The notes under the pieces are model-generated. The model did not search any database. It had not been told where the DNA came from and saw only the letters and a list, made by a program, of their open reading frames with translations. Made by a program: the position numbers and the translations under genes. DNA of 44,011 bases from Welwitschia mirabilis (Eukaryota), in assembly GCA_051453625.1 (NCBI GenBank), contig JBOZIK010000001.1, positions 12,003,796-12,047,806 on the forward strand, written 5' to 3'. Shown piece after piece: positions 39,179 through 44,011 of this stretch. How positions within the stretch are numbered: the stretch's first letter is position 1; each line of letters opens with the position of its first letter.

Positions 39179-41330
39179 TATTACAATGTAAATTTATGTA
39201 ATTTGAAAATTTCTTAGAAGAACATGTAAATCACATAAATTATAGAAAATACACTCTAGTATAAATGGGAGTTCACCCAAATGTCATAATCTAATGAAGG
39301 AACTAGGCTTAGAGTTAGAGAATTGATTTTTGTCAATGTATTTTACTTTTCTTTTATCTTTATAAAAATTGAATTGAAATAACGCAAGTAAATGTAATGC
39401 TTATAAATGAAATGTAATTAAATGGAAATGCAATTGCAAATGGAAATAGAATTAGAAATAGGAATAGCAGTGTATCTTACTTAGATCCTAGGCTTTCTAT
39501 CAGAAAGTCTACTTCTCTATAACTTATATCAAAGAAGAAGAGTGTTTACTAGTTCTTACTCAATGACATCTACCCAAATAAGACTTGAAATGCAATATGA
39601 AAGAGAGAAAGAAACAATGCAAATCTATTCTTACTAAACGAGGTCAACCTTAATAAAGGTTGCCTTTAAGATCTAAATAAATCTAATATTATCACAACTA
39701 CGATCAACTTAAATCATAAGGGAGATGAACAATAATGAGAAGAAAGAAGAAATTGTATTAANNNNNNNNNNNNNNNNNNNNNNNNNNNNNNNNNNNNNNN
39801 NNNNNNNNNNNNNNNNNNNNNNNNNNNNNNNNNNNNNNNNNNNNNNNNNNNNNNNNNNNNNNNNNNNNNNNNNNNNNNNNNNNNNNNNNNNNNNNNNNNN
39901 NNNNNNNNNNNNNNNNNNNNNNNNNNNNNNNNNNNNNNNNNNNNNNNNNNNNNNNNNNNNNNNNNNNNNNNNNNNNNNNNNNNNNNNNNNNNNNNNNNNN
40001 NNNNNNNNNNNNNNNNNNNNNNNNNNNNNNNNNNNNNNNNNNNNNNNNNNNNNNNNNNNNNNNNNNNNNNNNNNNNNNNNNNNNNNNNNNNNNNNNNNNN
40101 NNNNNNNNNNNNNNNNNNNNNNNNNNNNNNNNNNNNNNNNNNNNNNNNNNNNNNNNNNNNNNNNNNNNNNNNNNNNNNNNNNNNNNNNNNNNNNNNNNNN
40201 NNNNNNNNNNNNNNNNNNNNNNNNNNNNNNNNNNNNNNNNNNNNNNNNNNNNNNNNNNNNNNNNNNNNNNNNNNNNNNNNNNNNNNNNNNNNNNNNNNNN
40301 NNNNNNNNNNNNNNNNNNNNNNNNNNNNNNNNNNNNNNNNNNNNNNNNNNNNNNNNNNNNNNNNNNNNNNNNNNNNNNNNNNNNNNNNNNNNNNNNNNNN
40401 NNNNNNNNNNNNNNNNNNNNNNNNNNNNNNNNNNNNNNNNNNNNNNNNNNNNNNNNNNNNNNNNNNNNNNNNNNNNNNNNNNNNNNNNNNNNNNNNNNNN
40501 NNNNNNNNNNNNNNNNNNNNNNNNNNNNNNNNNNNNNNNNNNNNNNNNNNNNNNNNNNNNNNNNNNNNCCACTTATAAATTATAACAATAGCACCTCAAT
40601 GAGAGGGACATAGCCTGATATCAAGGAGACTCCTTTCTGCAGCATGAGATGGACCTATTACCCTTTAAGCTTCTGTTATAAGGATGGAGTACAAAAGATG
40701 GAAAATGGAAATAAAAGAGGAGAAGCGTACTTCTAAATTTCTAATTGAGAACATAAGTGTCCAAAACCTCAATATGAGAAAAGAAACCCTAACATCTTGC
40801 ATGGCTCATTTGGCACTCTTTACAATGTAAAAATAGTTGTCATCCTTTACGTCGTCCACACGACAGAGAAAACGACACCACCTTAAAGGCTTGGGTTGTG
40901 TGCCATGAAGCTTGAATTGTGTATCATGTGTTGTCATTAGTTCTATGGTCATCGTCTTGTCTATCATCTATATAAACATATGGATGATGCCCTCTCGATA
41001 TGTGCATTAAGTATTGTTGTTAGCATTGTAAGCTTCTGTCCATGTCAATAGTCTAGTCATCCTGCATATTATGGGGATAATACTAGGGATAATGGCCTTC
41101 TTTTCTTATTCCTCCAAGGTCAATCAGTCTTTACATCATTCAACCCTACTTTCAATCCTGTAATATTAGAATAAGCTCGAGAAACTACCAAAAATTACTA
41201 GATATTACATGTTTTACTGATCATCCTATCAATTATTCATAGTTGTTATTATTGCATTAAAACTTGTACGAATGTCCTACAGAAGTACTCAAAATAAACC
41301 ATCAAATTCCCACAAATTGGCATCACAACA
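39179..41330 (-). repeat. Family A 3' LTR (A5) spanning an N-gap
   Basis: 39250-39330 repeats 38621-38698; right end GGCATCACAACA is followed by the PPT complement TAGCCCTCTACTTAGCC (41331-41347). Confidence 0.82.
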
Positions 41331-43131
41331 TAGCCCTCTACTTAGCCTTATCAGTCCTTTACAAAGTAAGCAATTAACGAGATTGTGAGTCAATTGAAAA
41401 AAATAATGCATGCAAATTGTAAATTAAGTCTATAGAAAATGATATCATCAATCAGATAAATACAAATTCTAAAAATTTTTCAAAGCCCCCTACTTAAACA
41501 TGTTACTACAAAATGAATGCAACACATAAATAGAATTTATAAAGTAATTGTATGGCTCATAAAAGTGAAACTATATATGCATAATAGAGAATAATAATAA
41601 TAAACGATTATAACAGCTTAAGTAGTTTCCATATCGCATAGCTCACAATAGTATCATCGATAAGGCAAGTAACAACAGTAAATATATCGTAATTCAGATG
41701 ATCGAAAAAAAAAGGCACAAGTGCTACTAGGTCCTGCATGACAAAAGTGCATGAATGCTTAAAAATTTTAATTCAAATAGCCAAAATAGCCTAGCAAAAA
41801 GATTAAATCATGAAAGCTCAAAAGATATAGAAATGTATACTGGTCATAATAGATTAGCGCCCAGAAAGGTATCCTGTCCTATCCCCCCATAGGAGAAGCA
41901 AGACATCCCGAATTGCACCTGAAAGAAAAAATGGAGTATCATCCCCTATGTCGTGTGGACTATAAAGGAGGAGGATGAACTCAAAAAATAGCTATTGGGA
42001 AACCAAAAATTCAGAATGTAATGAACGGAGTAAAGAGATGGAAAGGGAAAACATGATGAAGAAGTGGATGATGATGGAGGNNNNNNNNNNNNNNNNNNNN
42101 NNNNNNNNNNNNNNNNNNNNNNNNNNNNNNNNNNNNNNNNNNNNNNNNNNNNNNNNNNNNNNNNNNNNNNNNNNNNNNNNTTATTACCCAAAAAGGTAGC
42201 CTACCTCGTCCTCCTCCCTCCACCTATAGGAGAATCAAGACGTCCTAAATTACACCTAAAAGAAAATAGGGAGTATCGTTCCCTCTATCGTGGGGATGAC
42301 TTAGGAGGACGACAGAATCCAAAATAGCTATTTGGAAATCAAAAATGTAGGAATGTAACAAATGGAGTAAAGAGTTGGCAAGGTGAAAACATGATGGAGA
42401 GGTGGGATGATGGTAGAGGAAAAATACACCAAGGGAAAGCTAGAACTCATTAGAATAAGGAAACCTGTCAGAAAGGAACACCATCCTTGAGAAAACATCA
42501 TAAGAAACTAACAAAGGATTAGGTCCATGATATAATGCTAAGAAAGTATAAGGAAATAGCTTGGAAATTTTCAATAAAACAACCAAAGTAAAAAAAAAAA
42601 TAAAAATGGACAACTAGGAACATGAAAAAATTGCTTTATTACCCTAAATATTAACCTAACAAATTCCTATAGCAACAAGCATGAAATCACTTAAGTAATG
42701 ATGTATGACATAATGTATAAATTCATAAAATTTCACTCAATTGGGAAATGATTATAGTGATGTCAAGTATGCTAATGATATTAGTCAATGAATAATGAGA
42801 TAAAAAGCTATAAAATACATAGATTTACAAGCTACCATGTCAAAACAAACACTAAAATCCAAAAAGTAAATGATCATGTGGAAGTAGTGGAAATAAATAA
42901 CTAAGGAAAAGTAATTTATTGTGTTCATGATGAGGGAAGTACAACCACTATCAGAGGAGTAAGAACCCACATAGCGTGGCCAATGGACCCCCTAGTGGAG
43001 TTCTCATAGCTACTATATCGCACTACCAAAGGCCCCTCTTGGGAATATTTACCCCGGTGCTCTTGTGGTAGGACATCATAACTATCATGTATGTATATAT
43101 ATAACATAAGAAGAGCATAATAGGTTATTTA

Positions 43132-43133
<2 letters not shown>
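41331..43133 (-). mobile_element. Family A 3' internal region (A5, probably joined to a sibling copy at the gap 42081-42180)
   Basis: 42610-43130 is collinear with 9440-10000; conserved UTR block at 42960-43085. Confidence 0.8.

Positions 43134-43182
<49 letters not shown>
43134..43182. repeat. (CT)n microsatellite running into a gap
   Basis: About 24 perfect units. Confidence 0.98.
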
Positions 43183-43590
43183 NNNNNNNNNNNNNNNNNN
43201 NNNNNNNNNNNNNNNNNNNNNNNNNNNNNNNNNNNNNNNNNNNNNNNNNNNNNNNNNNNNNNNNNNNNNNNNNNNNNNNNNNNNNNNNNNNNNNNNNNNN
43301 NNNNNNNNNNNNNNNNNNNNNNNNNNNNNNNNNNNNNNNNNNNNNNNNNNNNNNNNNNNNNNNNNNNNNNNNNNNNNNNNNNNNNNNNNNNNNNNNNNNN
43401 NNNNNNNNNNNNNNNNNNNNNNNNNNNNNNNNNNNNNNNNNNNNNNNNNNNNNNNNNNNNNNNNNNNNNNNNNNNNNNNNNNNNNNNNNNNNNNNNNNNN
43501 NNNNNNNNNNNNNNNNNNNNNNNNNNNNNNNNNNNNNNNNNNNNNNNNNNNNNNNNNNNNNNNNNNNNNNNNNNNNNNNNNNNNNNNNNN

Positions 43591-44011
43591 ACCTTTGTCC
43601 ATTAACTTTTTGGATTTCTTTAGTGTTTAGATTGGAAATTTCAACTAGTTCATTTGGGTATACTTTTTTGATAAGATAAGCACCTAATCATTTAGAAGTT
43701 AACTTGTTATGTAAAAGGTGTACTTGGGTGTTGTACAACAAGACAAATTAGCCAAGTTTAAATTGTTTATGAATAATCTTTTTATTATGTTAAAGCTTAG
43801 ATTGAGTCTTGTGAATAAGTTGACAATGTAGGGCATGAGTACATTTTTCATCTAGGTGGTTAAGTTGATTTAAACAATAAGAATTATAGCAAACATCAAC
43901 TAGTAAAATACACACTTTACCATACACAAGTTCATAGGGTGAAAAATTGAGAGAGTTATGCCAAGTGGTACAATAAGCCCAAAGAACATCATTAAGTTTA
44001 GAGGACCAAGT
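43591..44011 (-). pseudogene. Athila integrase core end plus GPY/F tail (absent from the ORF track)
   Basis: Single reverse frame: TWSSKLNDVLWAYCTTWHNSLNFSPYELVYGKVCILLVDV...SKL*HNKKIIHKQFKLG*FVLLYNTQVHLLHNKLTSK*LGAYLIKKVYPNELVEI...KVNGQR. Confidence 0.93.

Noticed and set aside
39709-40585. Long ORFs of 286-287 aa
   Set aside because: They consist of translated N-gap; the same applies to ORFs at 18767-19003 and 43129-43602 and partly to those at 41946-42327.
1-44011. Host gene, tRNA/rRNA, or species assignment
   Set aside because: Every recognisable coding remnant is retroelement-derived; nothing supports a taxon narrower than a land plant, probably an angiosperm.

Overview
Very AT-rich, CpG-depleted plant nuclear scaffold segment with eight N-gaps. 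It consists almost entirely of nested, heavily decayed LTR retrotransposons; I found no intact host gene, RNA gene or CRISPR array. Five components are recognisable. (1) An Athila-like Ty3/gypsy family 'A': five LTRs, two copies reduced to gag-protease plus only the integrase GPY/F tail, and one integrase-core fragment at the right edge. (2) A non-autonomous Athila-like family 'B' in three minus-strand copies. (3) An Ogre/Tat gag-protease fragment. (4) A chromovirus-type gag-PR-RT remnant. (5) A Sirevirus (SIRE/Maximus) copia with an env-like ORF. The most unusual structure is a ~2.2-kb array of ~24 monomers of ~91 bp (26361-28600), directly upstream of the chromoviral gag-pol. Each monomer is an imperfect dyad (hairpin), the monomers alternate into a ~182-bp A/B dimer, and the central palindrome changes in a compensatory way (CCTAGG in A, CATATG in B). 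All four 100-N gaps are flanked by duplicated sequence, so some apparent rearrangements may be assembly or haplotype artefacts. Identities were estimated by eye, and family names A/B are my own labels.
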